A stretch of DNA of 64,000 nucleotides from a virus (Duplodnaviria; Caudoviricetes), in IMG/VR virus record IMGVR_UViG_2830161386_000001, positions 133,772 through 197,771 of that record; one strand, 5' to 3'. Below, one piece after another: positions 17,555 through 27,552 of the stretch (the stretch's first letter is position 1; every line of letters begins with the position of its first letter). The notes beneath the pieces are model-generated. The model searched no databases. It was not told the origin of the DNA and saw nothing but the letters and a program-made list of their open reading frames with translations. Position numbers and translations under genes: made by a program.

Positions 17555-18415
17555 CTAATGGCCGTCGGCGGCGATCTCCTGGGCGCTGGGCTCGCCCTGA
17601 AGCCGGCGGATCACCGGATACTCCATCTGCCGGTAGAGGTGTTTCCGGAGCGCCTTGATCTGCGGCCCCGCCTCCTCGATGTACGTCGACCGGAGCATCT
17701 CCAGCTGGTTCACCGTCCGGTTGGCCCCGGCGCCCTTGGCGTAGAGAATCGCCGTCTCGAAGTCCAGCCCCGAATCGACAGGTGTCCCGACCGACTCCCC
17801 GCTGATGAGGTCGACCGGCTCGTGGGGCCCGGCGTCCTCCACGATGTCCTGCGCGACGGCGGAGGCCATCTCCTCCTCTACCTCCGGCTCTAGGCGAAGC
17901 ACCGCTGAGCGCTTTTGGGGCCGCACCTCCACAACGTCAATCAGGCCGCTCTCTTCGTCCATCTTCTCCAGGCGGTCCTCAACGGTCCCGCCTGCGCCCC
18001 GCGCTTCCATCATCGCCTCCAGCTCCGGGAAGCCAATTTCCATCACGCTGGGCCGCCCGGCCTTCGCCGCCCAAAACTCGTCGGGCATCGGGCCCTTCCC
18101 GCTCATAAAGAGCACAAAGTCCCGCAGGGCCGGGCCGCTTGCGGCCTGGACGACCGTGTCCGGGTCCGCGTCGGTCGCCTGCACCTCCTCGATTACGGAC
18201 TTGGCCTCCTCCTTCCAATCCTCCCCGCCGTTGGCCGAATAGGTCATCCCTAGAATCGACACAAGGGCGGCGAGGCCCTCTGGGCCTTCTTCCTCCTGCT
18301 CCCAGCCGAACGGAAAGTCCTCGGTGGACTCCGCCCGGCGGGTAATGGCATCGCTTAGGGTCTCAAGCGCTTGGTCTTCGATCTTTTCTTCTACAGGCGT
18401 GCTCATAAGAGACAT
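17555..18415 (-). CDS. Acidic hypothetical protein
   Basis: 286 aa with high GC3. Confidence 0.75.
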   Translation of the reverse strand: MSLMSTPVEEKIEDQALETLSDAITRRAESTEDFPFGWEQEEEGPEGLAALVSILGMTYSANGGEDWKEEAKSVIEEVQATDADPDTVVQAASGPALRDFVLFMSGKGPMPDEFWAAKAGRPSVMEIGFPELEAMMEARGAGGTVEDRLEKMDEESGLIDVVEVRPQKRSAVLRLEPEVEEEMASAVAQDIVEDAGPHEPVDLISGESVGTPVDSGLDFETAILYAKGAGANRTVNQLEMLRSTYIEEAGPQIKALRKHLYRQMEYPVIRRLQGEPSAQEIAADGH

Positions 18416-18453
18416 GTGCTATTTACGAAAACAAATGAGGGTTCGGTCGGCTT

Positions 18454-18744
18454 CTACGCCGAAGCAAACTGCTTCACGTCCAGCGCCTCCTCCTCTTCGG
18501 CCTGCCGGAGATGGTACTGCATCTGTTGGGTAAGCCAACTTTCCGGGCTGCCGCCGAACGCCTTCGAGAGGCGGATTGCCATGTTTGGGGAGATCCCCGC
18601 CCGGCCATTCAGGAGCGCCGAAAGGTGCTTCCGGCTTACGCCAAGCCCTTCGGCCGCCTCGGTGATCGTAAGATCCAGCGGCTCGATGCAGTCTTTGCGG
18701 ACGGTTTCACCTGGGTGTGGAGGAGTCATGCTCATAAGAGACAT
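18454..18744 (-). CDS. higA: HigA-family antitoxin (orphan)
   Basis: PPHPGE..LTITEAAEGLGVSRKHLSALLNGRAGISPNMAIRLSKAFG.SPESWL..Q..Y. Confidence 0.9.
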   Translation of the reverse strand: MSLMSMTPPHPGETVRKDCIEPLDLTITEAAEGLGVSRKHLSALLNGRAGISPNMAIRLSKAFGGSPESWLTQQMQYHLRQAEEEEALDVKQFASA

Positions 18745-18747
18745 GGG

Positions 18748-19017
18748 CTATTTGCGAGAACGAATGGGGGAGTTTTCGGCAAACTTCTGGAGGGCCTTCG
18801 GGGCGAAGGCGGCGAGCAAAAACCCGAACACGATGTAAACGCCGGGGCCGCTGGCCGCCCCTTCGCCGGTGACGACAAGCCCGCCGAACACAATGGCCGC
18901 CACGAGAGCGATCATGCTCATCACCCGCATCGCGGAGGTCCGGCCGGGGCGCTCCTCCAGCATGCCGGTCTGGGGGCTACTCTTCGTTTTTGGTGTCTTC
19001 GTCTTGGATTGGCTCAT
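18748..19017 (-). CDS. Holin-like 2-TM protein
   Basis: Small, two TM segments, charged termini, TSAMR before TM1. Confidence 0.5.
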   Translation of the reverse strand: MSQSKTKTPKTKSSPQTGMLEERPGRTSAMRVMSMIALVAAIVFGGLVVTGEGAASGPGVYIVFGFLLAAFAPKALQKFAENSPIRSRK

Positions 19018-19429
19018 CGGGCTCGTCGGATCGGGTCCAAAGGTTAAAGTTGCGCTCGCGGGCCACCGGCTTGAAGTCCGAGAAACTCGGGTAGACCTTG
19101 TTGTCCCCGAGCTTGAGCTTGGCCTTCTCCGGGCCCATGATCGTCAGGCTCGGCATCCCGCCGTGCTCGTCCCCGACGTACACCGCCCAGCCGGGGTCGC
19201 CTTTCAACTTGATGCGAGCGGAGCGGCCCTCCGCGCTTACCACCGCGCAAATCGGGCCGGACGCGCCTTTCAGCATCACCGCCTGCTCGCTCAAGGACGG
19301 CGGGGCCCCGCTCAGCTCCCCGATCGCGGCGACCAGCTCGGCCCGGGACACCTCCAGGTCCGCAAAGATGTCGTAGGCGGATTCGCCGCTTTCGGCTCGG
19401 GACCGGATTTCGTTGATTAGCTGCTGCAT
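18977..19429 (-). CDS. HTH-like protein, paralog of 19442..19831
   Basis: GESAYDIFADLEVSRAELVAAI versus GTPAREIAEKLGVSGVRLVEAI. Confidence 0.6.
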   Translation of the reverse strand: MQQLINEIRSRAESGESAYDIFADLEVSRAELVAAIGELSGAPPSLSEQAVMLKGASGPICAVVSAEGRSARIKLKGDPGWAVYVGDEHGGMPSLTIMGPEKAKLKLGDNKVYPSFSDFKPVARERNFNLWTRSDEPDEPIQDEDTKNEE

Positions 19430-19441
19430 GGGATCGGTTTT

Positions 19442-19831
19442 TTAGTGGGCAGCCGAGCGGTTTGCCTCCCGGACGACCAGCTCCTCCCCTCGCATGTCGA
19501 GGCTTACGTCCAGGTACGGCGCCTGGGCCCGCACCGTCGGCACCGGGCTTTGGGCGTTTACGTTCAGGCGCCAGCGGGGCTCGCTTCCGAGGCGGACCGC
19601 AACCCCGCCGCTGCTTAGGTCCAGCTCCATCGGCACGCCGGAAATCAAAACCGCGTCGGCGCCTTTCTCGCTGGCTCCGGCAATGGCCTCGACAAGGCGG
19701 ACGCCGGATACGCCGAGCTTCTCCGCAATTTCTCGGGCCGGAGTTCCCTCTGCCAGAAGCGACTGGATCAGGGCCACGAGGCCGTCGTCGGACATGCTTC
19801 CCTTCGGGACAATCGGGCTGTTTTGTGCCAT
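19442..19831 (-). CDS. HTH-like protein, paralog of 18977..19429
   Basis: N-terminal HTH-like segment plus the shared L.GxP.W strand. Confidence 0.6.
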   Translation of the reverse strand: MAQNSPIVPKGSMSDDGLVALIQSLLAEGTPAREIAEKLGVSGVRLVEAIAGASEKGADAVLISGVPMELDLSSGGVAVRLGSEPRWRLNVNAQSPVPTVRAQAPYLDVSLDMRGEELVVREANRSAAH

Positions 19832-19850
19832 TGAGTGTCGTAATTTTGTC

Positions 19851-20345
19851 TTAAAGACTGGGCAAATCGGCCCCGGCGCGAACGTTTTTGCTCATCTCTT
19901 TGGCCTTCGCTTCCGCCTTTTCCAAGGCGCCGATGAGGTCGCCGTGGCCTTCTCCGCCAAGCCCGGTGGCGCACTGAAGCACCCGCTTGGCCGTCTCGAT
20001 TGTCATGCCCCAATCGGACAGGTACGGCCGCAGCCCCGCAATCTCCTCCGGGTCGGCTGGGTCGGGCAGGTCCCGCCCCTCCCGGCGAAGAGACACCCGG
20101 AGGTTGCCGGTGGCCTGGGCCGGCGTGCTGCCGGTGCCCACCATCGGGACGCCTGCCGCCTCGCGCACCGCCCAAAACTGCTCCGACGCGCTGCGGGAGG
20201 CGTAGATGCCGTCGGGAACGCGCTCGGTTTTTGCGACGGGCCAGGCGTGCCATTCCCCGCCGCTGAAATCCCCCTCAAACCGGTCGGGGATCAGCAAAAG
20301 CGGGTAGACGCTTCGGTCGGGCCGGACTACGGAAACGGTATTCAT
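19851..20345 (-). CDS. Hypothetical protein
   Basis: YPLLLIPDRFEGDFSGGEW...VGTGSTP; codirectional. Confidence 0.6.
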   Translation of the reverse strand: MNTVSVVRPDRSVYPLLLIPDRFEGDFSGGEWHAWPVAKTERVPDGIYASRSASEQFWAVREAAGVPMVGTGSTPAQATGNLRVSLRREGRDLPDPADPEEIAGLRPYLSDWGMTIETAKRVLQCATGLGGEGHGDLIGALEKAEAKAKEMSKNVRAGADLPSL

Positions 20346-20357
20346 ATCGCTTTGAGG

Positions 20358-20927
20358 TTAAGGGGTCGGGTCAATCTCGTCGGGAATGTGCTCGTCGATC
20401 TCGACGGCCTTTTCGTCGAGGCCGGCCACGAGGCCGTCCCACTCCGGCTCGGTGTCGGGCACGGCGATTTCGGTTTCAAACCGGCCCTCATATCCGTCTT
20501 GGATTTCAAGCGGCACGCTCCCTTCGCTTTGAAGCGGGCCGGAAAGCACGTCGCGGAGCCGGGAGAGCGTGGGCCCCGAATGGGTGACGTCCGGGTGGCC
20601 GTCTCCGTTTATGTCCACGAACTTGCGGCCGACAAGTATGCACCCGAGGATTTGGGTGTACAGGTTGCCCCGGTGGATCAAAATGTAGGAGCGGCCCTCC
20701 ACGTCTCGGACGTGAAAGTGGTCGTAGCCGAAGCTTCCGGACTCGACCGCCTCCCTGTACTCGACCGGATAGGTCCCGGCCGGGATGCAGCTGACGCGGT
20801 TTTTGTTTTCCCGCCAGGGGAGCTCTAAGGTTTTGCACTTGAGGACCTGCTCGTCTCCGTTTCGGACCTCAAGGGTGCCTCGGGTCTGAACGTCGGACTT
20901 GTAAAGGCGGCGAAGAAGTAGTTTCAT
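20358..20927 (-). CDS. DUF5675-family protein (candidate cell-wall peptidase/endolysin)
   Basis: TLELPW..N...SCIPAGTY...V.GRSYILIHRGN...GCILVG. Confidence 0.8.
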   Translation of the reverse strand: MKLLLRRLYKSDVQTRGTLEVRNGDEQVLKCKTLELPWRENKNRVSCIPAGTYPVEYREAVESGSFGYDHFHVRDVEGRSYILIHRGNLYTQILGCILVGRKFVDINGDGHPDVTHSGPTLSRLRDVLSGPLQSEGSVPLEIQDGYEGRFETEIAVPDTEPEWDGLVAGLDEKAVEIDEHIPDEIDPTP

Positions 20928-20967
20928 ATCAGGTAGGAAGCGCAAGCGTGAAGCTCAAACGCGAATT

Positions 20968-21318
20968 TCAGTCGTGAAGCAGCGCAGCCTGCCTTAGCTC
21001 CTCTTCTCGGCGGCCGCTTGGCATGTGGCGAAAGTGCGACGCAATCTCCTCCCTACTCATCTTTGCGGGAGCGTCCAGGGCAAAAGGCGCGCCGGGAAGA
21101 ACGTTACTCTCGTGCCGGGCGCGCGTGATCAGCCCGTTGATCTCGCTTAGTTCCTGCTTTGAAACCGGGCGGGTCCGGACGCGGCCCTGGGCGTGGCGAA
21201 GGATGTCTTCCGGGCCGCTGAGCCGCTTTTCCGGCCACGGAATTGCGGTCATCGCGCCGACCTCAAACTCCGGCGCCGGCTCGTTCGTCCACCGCGCTAG
21301 AAATACATGCTTAACCAT
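20968..21318 (-). CDS. Hypothetical protein
   Basis: Codirectional ORF. Confidence 0.55.
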   Translation of the reverse strand: MVKHVFLARWTNEPAPEFEVGAMTAIPWPEKRLSGPEDILRHAQGRVRTRPVSKQELSEINGLITRARHESNVLPGAPFALDAPAKMSREEIASHFRHMPSGRREEELRQAALLHD

Positions 21319-21371
21319 AACTTATTGGGGGAATTTGAAGAACGTGATGCTCGTTCAGTCCCAGCTGGGAC

Positions 21372-21890
21372 TCAAGGCGCCTCCTCGATAGGTGGAAGCG
21401 CCTCTGATGCAGGCTCCGGGGGCATCGACCGGCTTACCCGGCTCGGAGGCCCGGCCTGCTTTTCGCTGAGGTCAACGTCGACGGCCCCGATTTCTCCGCC
21501 CCGCACCGACAACACGACGTTTCCTTGGGCGACGTCTTTCTGGAACCGCCCGGCAACCTTTTCGGCACGTTCTCCGAGGTAGGTCTTCCGGGCGACCACC
21601 TCGTACTCGACCTCTTCCTGGTTCCAAGCGGACTCGTAGCTCCGAAACCGCTTGTTTCGAAGTTTTCCGGAGGGGCCGAAGAGGATGTGGTCGTGGTCGG
21701 TGCTCCAGGCTAGGCGCACGGCCTTCGACGCCGAGTCGGTCAGCTTCGTGGCCAGGTGCGGCACGTCCGGCCGGTTAAGCGGAAGCAGGAGTCGCGGCCG
21801 CTTTTCCATGACCGCAAAGCTCGACAGAGCGGGGTAGTCTTCAGTCGGATGGTAATGGACATGCGAAAGGTGATACAGGTCACTCGGCAT
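21372..21890 (-). CDS. Hypothetical protein
   Basis: Codirectional ORF ending at a palindrome copy. Confidence 0.6.
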   Translation of the reverse strand: MPSDLYHLSHVHYHPTEDYPALSSFAVMEKRPRLLLPLNRPDVPHLATKLTDSASKAVRLAWSTDHDHILFGPSGKLRNKRFRSYESAWNQEEVEYEVVARKTYLGERAEKVAGRFQKDVAQGNVVLSVRGGEIGAVDVDLSEKQAGPPSRVSRSMPPEPASEALPPIEEAP

Positions 21891-21893
21891 TGT

Positions 21894-22286
21894 CTACGTG
21901 GCTTCGCTGTTGAAAAGACGATTCGGGCGCCCGCCCTGCGCGATCACGATACAGTCCCGCGAGCGGGGCGAAAGATTATCTGGCAGGTCGTAGCCCCGGA
22001 GACGCTTCTTCCGCTTTCCCGGCGGAATAATCTCGGCCCCGCCCACTAGCGAGAGCACCTCTGGGGTCAGGCACAAAAGCCCACTGGAGACGCCGGCGGC
22101 CCCGGCGATGCGGTCGACCATATCCGTGCGAACACGGGCATTGGCCCGCATGGGCGTGTTCTCGATCTTCGTAATCGAGCGGCGGCTTATCTCCGCACGC
22201 TCTGCGAGGTCGGGCTGGGACCACCCGTGGCCCTCCCGCAAAAACCGGACGCTTCGGGACAGACACGCCGTAAGGTGGGGCTGCAT
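21894..22286 (-). CDS. XRE-family HTH regulator
   Basis: VRFLREGHGWSQPDLAERAEISRRSITKIE. Confidence 0.8.
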   Translation of the reverse strand: MQPHLTACLSRSVRFLREGHGWSQPDLAERAEISRRSITKIENTPMRANARVRTDMVDRIAGAAGVSSGLLCLTPEVLSLVGGAEIIPPGKRKKRLRGYDLPDNLSPRSRDCIVIAQGGRPNRLFNSEAT

Positions 22287-22347
22287 CGGTGGAGGGCGCG
22301 GCAAAAAGAAATGGAGCGAGGCCAGGCTCTCCGCCCGGCCTACTGGA

Positions 22348-22809
22348 TTAGTCGAAGAACTCGTACGGGAACGGCACGCCGCACTCGTCCCGCCAGTTTT
22401 TCTTCTGCTGGTAGGAGAACCGTTTCCGGTCGTCGTTTTTGGGGTGGTTGTCCCGGTAGTCGATCCAGTTTTCCCACCGGTGAAACGCGACCCGCCCGTG
22501 GATGGGCACGACCAGCGACCAGTACTTCACCCCCGCCCCGAAGAAGTAAATCGGGTCGCCCACGCCGGAATCGAAATACGGGGCGCCCCGGCGGATGAGC
22601 TTATCAGTTTCGATCAGGCGCCGGCACGCCGGGCAGATCTGGCGCTCGGTTTCGCCGGTTTCTGGGTCGTAGCGGCTAAGCACGACGTCGGACCGAGGGG
22701 ATTCGACCGTTACCACTTCGCCCCCGCCGTCTTGCTGGTTCGGCGGGGTTGCCGTCCACTCCATCTTCCGGTGGTCGGGGCCGACGGCACTTCGGACATC
22801 GTCAGACAT
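22348..22809 (-). CDS. Hypothetical protein
   Basis: Codirectional ORF with CPAC. Confidence 0.6.
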   Translation of the reverse strand: MSDDVRSAVGPDHRKMEWTATPPNQQDGGGEVVTVESPRSDVVLSRYDPETGETERQICPACRRLIETDKLIRRGAPYFDSGVGDPIYFFGAGVKYWSLVVPIHGRVAFHRWENWIDYRDNHPKNDDRKRFSYQQKKNWRDECGVPFPYEFFD

Positions 22810-22827
22810 GTGTTTGAGCTGCGTTGA

Positions 22828-23019
22828 TCAACGGCTGATGACCTTTACTTTGCCCGGATGAATGCGGGCGTACTTTTGGACTTCAGCCTTTATGGTATTG
22901 CCTACGTCTTCACAGCTCGTTTCCGTCTGGTTTTGAAGGTACACCGACAGGTGCTGCCGGTCTAAGATCCGGACGGTCTTGTCTCCGAGGTCGTAAATGC
23001 AGTTGCCTTTTTCGATCAT
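22828..23019 (-). CDS. Small hypothetical protein
   Basis: Tightly packed after 23023. Confidence 0.5.
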   Translation of the reverse strand: MIEKGNCIYDLGDKTVRILDRQHLSVYLQNQTETSCEDVGNTIKAEVQKYARIHPGKVKVISR

Positions 23020-23022
23020 TGC

Positions 23023-23658
23023 TTACCGTACGGGCTTTACAATTGGGGGCCCGGGCGTCGGCCCCGAGGGCGTGGAGATCAGGTGCTGGACCGTTACGGT
23101 CACTTGGCTGGCCGCGTTGTGGATCAGGTCCGCAAGCGCCTCGATGGTCTGGTCGAAGGAGTCGTGATCCCCCTTGACGACCGGTTTCGCCGACTTCATC
23201 GGCACCAGCGCGCCGGTCGAGTCGGTCTTCTGCACGCTTCCGGGCGGGGGCGTAGACAGCTGAAACTTCAGCGGGAAAAACGACGCCCAGTTTGACTGCA
23301 CCTGCGCGTCGATGGCCGGGACGTTGATCCCGCTTTCCGACTGGGCCATCGGCTCGACCAGAGAGCGGGCCTGCGCCTTCGTAAACGGGGTCATAAGCGG
23401 GTCCCCAAACGGGTCCTGCATGCCGTTTAGATACGTCTGTATAGCCGCCGCGTACCGGTCGAGGGTCTTCTCTTGCATCGACTCCGTCTTGCGTTCAGCG
23501 ATTTTCCGGGCCTCCTCCTGAAAGCGCTCTGCGGAGAGGCTCTGGCCGATATCGGCCCGGAGCTTTTTGATCTCCGCCTCGACCTCGCGGTAGGCCTGCC
23601 GGTTCTTTTCGGCAGCGGCCGTGAAGCCTTCGGTGAGAACGCTTCGCTGAAGGGGCAT
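23023..23658 (-). CDS. Putative virion protein coupled to the spike gene
   Basis: TGATG overlap with the upstream gene; Pro-rich TPSGPTPGP end. Confidence 0.55.
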   Translation of the reverse strand: MPLQRSVLTEGFTAAAEKNRQAYREVEAEIKKLRADIGQSLSAERFQEEARKIAERKTESMQEKTLDRYAAAIQTYLNGMQDPFGDPLMTPFTKAQARSLVEPMAQSESGINVPAIDAQVQSNWASFFPLKFQLSTPPPGSVQKTDSTGALVPMKSAKPVVKGDHDSFDQTIEALADLIHNAASQVTVTVQHLISTPSGPTPGPPIVKPVR

Positions 23659-25025
23659 CAATCGGTGTAGTTTTTTTGGCTCAGGATCGGCTGAGAGGGT
23701 CGGGCGAATGGAGTCATCGGCGGCCCGGTCGGGCCCTGCGGGTGCGTGTGAGTGTGCTTGTTGGCCCACTTTTTAAAGGCGTCCAGGAAGTCTTGAAGGG
23801 CACTGCCAAGGGCCAGGGGCTCCGATTCCGAGCTGGCAGTATCCCCAACGTAAATGTTGGACCCAGTCACCGTGATGCTGGTGCTTCCGTTGTCGATCGT
23901 GGCCTCGTCGTCCTCGATGGTCACGGTTGTCGTGCCGTTTGTGACCGTAAGCGCCCCGCCCGCTTCCATCGTTACGTCCCAGGTCGGGTTACTCGCCTCA
24001 AGGGTCCCGTCCTCCAGCACGCGGCGCTCGTAGGTCCCGCTCCCCTCCAGGACCTGCTCCGCAAGCACGCCGCCAAACTTCCCGCGCCGGGTCAAGGCAG
24101 AGGCCTCCTCGGCAACGACCTCGTGCCGCCACGCCTCGCCGGGAGCGGTCACGCCCGCCCCGACGCGCCGGGTCACCTCCACCTCTCCCTGCGACACCCG
24201 GTAGCGGTCGAACGTCTGCCCTTGCGTGCCAACCTGCCGCTCAAGCGCAGCTCCGGTTTGGAGATCCGACACCCGGGTTTCAAGCACCGAGTCGCGGCTC
24301 GCGGCCACCGCTTCTCGAAACCGGGCCTTCGGCGTTCCCTGGTCGCCTCGGTGCTCGGCCTTTCGGTACAGCAGGCTTCCGGTCTCCGGGTTGAGGGCGC
24401 TGGCCTGCTCGCTGCCCCGAGTCCGGCCCCACGTCTGGACCACGTCGGGCCCCTGGTCGCCTTCCCGGTGCATGAACGCGGAGTTAAGCAGAAGCTCCCG
24501 GAACCCGGCCTCCGCCTCTGCGTCGTGGATCGTCCGGTCGTGGGCGATGGGCGTGTGGAGAACCTCCTTCGACTTGGCCCACTCCTTGATTAGTTTCTCG
24601 CTGGGGAGGTAGGTCCGGCGGGTCCAGTCGTCGGCCTTCAGGTCCACGAGGCCCGACTGGCTAAAGAGCACCTTCGACCCGCCGTTGGCCCGGTAAATCA
24701 TGTCGCCCGGCGCGCCCCAATCGGGCGTGTCTCCCTGCGCTGCGCTGTAGGTCGAGAGCAGAAACGAGTGGTTCGGCCGGGGGGCGCCGCCGGACTCTAA
24801 AATCGCGACGAGGCACCGAGCGCCCACTCGGGGCGTGAGCCGCAGCCCCGACCCACCGATTCCGCCCATAGGCGTGGAAATGCGGGCGGTAATTTCCCGG
24901 CCGGTTTCGGTGATGACCGTCGCGTTTCCGGCCTCCCGGTCGACCCGGTCGATGGAGCCGAGCTCGACGGAGAGCGACCGGTTCGGGCTGCCGCTTCCAA
25001 TTCCGGAGGTATTGGGGCGTCTCAT
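23658..25025 (-). CDS. Baseplate central spike protein (gpV/gp5-like)
   Basis: N-terminal OB-fold-like region (G.IDRVD..PRVGARCLV), short beta-strand repeats, C-terminal HTHTH metal-binding tip. Confidence 0.7.
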   Translation of the reverse strand: MRRPNTSGIGSGSPNRSLSVELGSIDRVDREAGNATVITETGREITARISTPMGGIGGSGLRLTPRVGARCLVAILESGGAPRPNHSFLLSTYSAAQGDTPDWGAPGDMIYRANGGSKVLFSQSGLVDLKADDWTRRTYLPSEKLIKEWAKSKEVLHTPIAHDRTIHDAEAEAGFRELLLNSAFMHREGDQGPDVVQTWGRTRGSEQASALNPETGSLLYRKAEHRGDQGTPKARFREAVAASRDSVLETRVSDLQTGAALERQVGTQGQTFDRYRVSQGEVEVTRRVGAGVTAPGEAWRHEVVAEEASALTRRGKFGGVLAEQVLEGSGTYERRVLEDGTLEASNPTWDVTMEAGGALTVTNGTTTVTIEDDEATIDNGSTSITVTGSNIYVGDTASSESEPLALGSALQDFLDAFKKWANKHTHTHPQGPTGPPMTPFARPSQPILSQKNYTD

Positions 25026-25219
25026 GTAAAAACCAAAAGGCTAATTAGAGCCAAAAACACGACCGAAGCGATGAGCACGATAATCGCTCCAAAGGCCACT
25101 TCCCTGGCCTGCTCGTGCCCGGAAAACAGAGGGCTTCCGAGGGCTTCGGTGATAATGCGCCCGCCCTCAAACAGAAAGTACGCCGATAAAAACAAGCACA
25201 GAAATACGAAAAGCGTCAT
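25022..25219 (-). CDS. Small 2-TM membrane protein
   Basis: ATGA overlaps on both sides. Confidence 0.6.
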   Translation of the reverse strand: MTLFVFLCLFLSAYFLFEGGRIITEALGSPLFSGHEQAREVAFGAIIVLIASVVFLALISLLVFT

Positions 25220-26271
25220 TGCTCTTCCTTGTTAATAAACTCGCCCTGTCTGATCGCGCCGCTTTTGAGCTGCTTGATGCGCCGGGCGAGCCGGTCTCTC
25301 ATGCCGAGATTGTGCGGGAAGTCCCCGTCCGGCTCGATCGCGTCGTTGTCCCGGACGAAAGCGCGGAGCGCCTCGCTGCCCTGACAGATCGTTTCTCCCG
25401 CAATCTTGTACCAGGACCCGGCCTGCTCAACCGCGCCGGCCTCCTCGGCGTGCTCCGCCAGCTCGAAGGCGCGGTCCAGCCCCTCCCCGTAGCGGATCAG
25501 GAGCTTGTCCTTCTTGAAGGGGGCGGCGGTTTTGTTTTTGACGCACCGGGCGTTGATGTAATTTGCGACCGTCTCCCCGCCGTCTTTCACGTGGGAGGAC
25601 GGGGCAAGCCGGAGGCGAATGGAGCTGTAAAACTTCAGCGCCCGGCCGCCGGGGGTCGTTTCGTCGGGGCCAAACATTTGCCCGATGGTCGACCGGAGCT
25701 GGTTGACAAAAATAACGGTCGCCCCCGCCTCTTTAACCGTCGAGGAGAGCTTCCGCAGGGTTTGGCTCATAAGCCGGGCCAGGAGGCCAACGTGATCGTC
25801 GCCGATGTCTCCGTCTAGCTCGGCCTGCGGGACGAGGGAGGCAACCGAGTCTAAAATAACCAAGCCCACCCCCTCCTCGACCATCGACTCGACGAGCTGA
25901 AGCGCCTGTTCGCCGCTGTCCGGCTGCTGAAAGATAAGAGATTGCTGGTCCGCCCCAATGCCGTCGAACGCATACACTGGGTCTAAGGACTGCTCCGCGT
26001 CGACGTAGCCGCAGACCTCTCCCTCTTTTTGGGCCTCCTTTACCGCGTGGATCGCGCAGGTGGTTTTCCCAGACGAGGCCACGCCAAAGAGCTCGATGAG
26101 GCGCCCCTCCGGCCACCCGCCGCCCAAGATGTTGTCGAGCTTATAAGACCCGGTGTGAATGCGGGGAATGTCTTCCGGGTCGTCCCCGAACCGCTGAACG
26201 TCGAATCCATCCTTGTTCAGGCGATCGTGAATGTCTTCCGTCCGCTTCCGAATTTCTTCTAGGTTAGCCAT
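25216..26271 (-). CDS. recA: RecA recombinase
   Basis: GVASSGKTT Walker A, DAEQSLDP, QPDSGEQAL, DSVASLVP, ARLMSQTLRKL, TPGGRALKFYSS, KNKTAAPFK. Confidence 0.97.
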   Translation of the reverse strand: MANLEEIRKRTEDIHDRLNKDGFDVQRFGDDPEDIPRIHTGSYKLDNILGGGWPEGRLIELFGVASSGKTTCAIHAVKEAQKEGEVCGYVDAEQSLDPVYAFDGIGADQQSLIFQQPDSGEQALQLVESMVEEGVGLVILDSVASLVPQAELDGDIGDDHVGLLARLMSQTLRKLSSTVKEAGATVIFVNQLRSTIGQMFGPDETTPGGRALKFYSSIRLRLAPSSHVKDGGETVANYINARCVKNKTAAPFKKDKLLIRYGEGLDRAFELAEHAEEAGAVEQAGSWYKIAGETICQGSEALRAFVRDNDAIEPDGDFPHNLGMRDRLARRIKQLKSGAIRQGEFINKEEQ

Positions 26272-26691
26272 AATGGCAGAAAAAACTTATTGAACAGGCA
26301 ATCTTACCAAGTGAACAGTCTTCTACTCCTCGCCGAGACGATCAAAAAGGCTGCTGACCATCTCGGAAAGGCCTTCGCGCCGCTCGCCAATCGGCCCGGT
26401 GTCCATCCGGCCAAAAAGGTTTTCGGCACCGTTTAGGTTTTTGTCCTCCCCGCTGAAGGGCTCGTCTGCAAACGCGCTTTTGTCTGGTTCATCTGGAGTC
26501 ATTGGGTTTGAGTTCATAACGTTAGGTATAACATCAGGTGATTGAGGTAGCGAGGTCGCCCTCGCGTCTAGGATAGAAAGCAGGGCCAAAGACAGAAGGC
26601 CCGCAGCTACGACAGCAATCCAGCGCTTGTCTCTCCACATCGATTGGGCATCTGGATTTTTTGAGTCCCAGCTGGGACTGAGCGGCAGAAG

Positions 26692-27126
26692 TTAGCCCTC
26701 CTCCTCCACCGGCGCGGTCTGGTAGGTGTCGCACTGCGTGGCGGCAGAGCGCATCCCCTTGTTCGGGTTGAAGCTGATGTGGACTTCTCCGGCCTCGCAG
26801 TTGTGCTGCCGGTTAAACACGCACGAGGTGGCGCCGCACTGGATTTGAACTTCCTGGTTGCCGGCGCTCTGCGTCGTTACGACCGTTTGGCCGCCTTTCC
26901 CGGCCACGTCATCCGGCTCCGGGACCGACTCTTCGCTGGCCATCTCGCCGGCCGGATCGCCCTCTTCATTCATCGGCTCGTCTCCGGACTGCTCATCTTG
27001 GGGCTCGTCGGCGGTTTTTTCAGAGCCGGTCTTTTCGGCGCTGTCTTGACCGTCGAGGTGCTCTTCTGCGGACTCCAGCCCGCTAGGGCCAATTCCAAGG
27101 CTTAAGTTGTTTGCCATTTTGAACAA
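26692..27126 (-). CDS. Acidic protein with C-terminal DUF1540-like Cys motif
   Basis: IQCGATSCVFN..NCEAGEVHI...TQCDTY. Confidence 0.6.
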   Translation of the reverse strand: MFKMANNLSLGIGPSGLESAEEHLDGQDSAEKTGSEKTADEPQDEQSGDEPMNEEGDPAGEMASEESVPEPDDVAGKGGQTVVTTQSAGNQEVQIQCGATSCVFNRQHNCEAGEVHISFNPNKGMRSAATQCDTYQTAPVEEEG

Positions 27127-27526
27127 GTCGTTTTAGCAGGCGGTAGTACGCCTTGGCATACCGCTTTTCGTCGCCGGAGGGATCAGCCCCGCCCCAGCTC
27201 TCCGAGTATGCCGTGCTGTCGAGATATCGATACAGGATAACAAGAACCATTTGCTCGTAGGGCGGCAGGTCCCACTCGCGCAAAAACGCCTTTTTGCCGA
27301 GCTTGTCAATCGACCGGTCCCCGTGAACGTGCCGGTTTAGCGACACCGGGATCGTCCACCAGTCCGGGCCCTTTTTGGCCACACCTCGTTTGACGACGTG
27401 ATGCACGGTCGTCCGGGACTGTTGCGAGCCACCCGAAAACATCGAAACGACCCCCGGATACTGCCCCACGTACGCGAGGTAGTGGCGGGACCGGAGGGCC
27501 TCTTCAGAAGCTAGGTCCATGTGCAT
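27083..27526 (-). CDS. DUF968/Ref-like HNH-type protein (Cys ligands degenerate)
   Basis: RS..YLAYV...HHV...G..KGPDW.TIPV...H...G.KAF. Confidence 0.5.
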   Translation of the reverse strand: MHMDLASEEALRSRHYLAYVGQYPGVVSMFSGGSQQSRTTVHHVVKRGVAKKGPDWWTIPVSLNRHVHGDRSIDKLGKKAFLREWDLPPYEQMVLVILYRYLDSTAYSESWGGADPSGDEKRYAKAYYRLLKRLVQNGKQLKPWNWP

Positions 27527-27552
27527 TGGTTAAAGTAGGAGGTTGATCGGTT

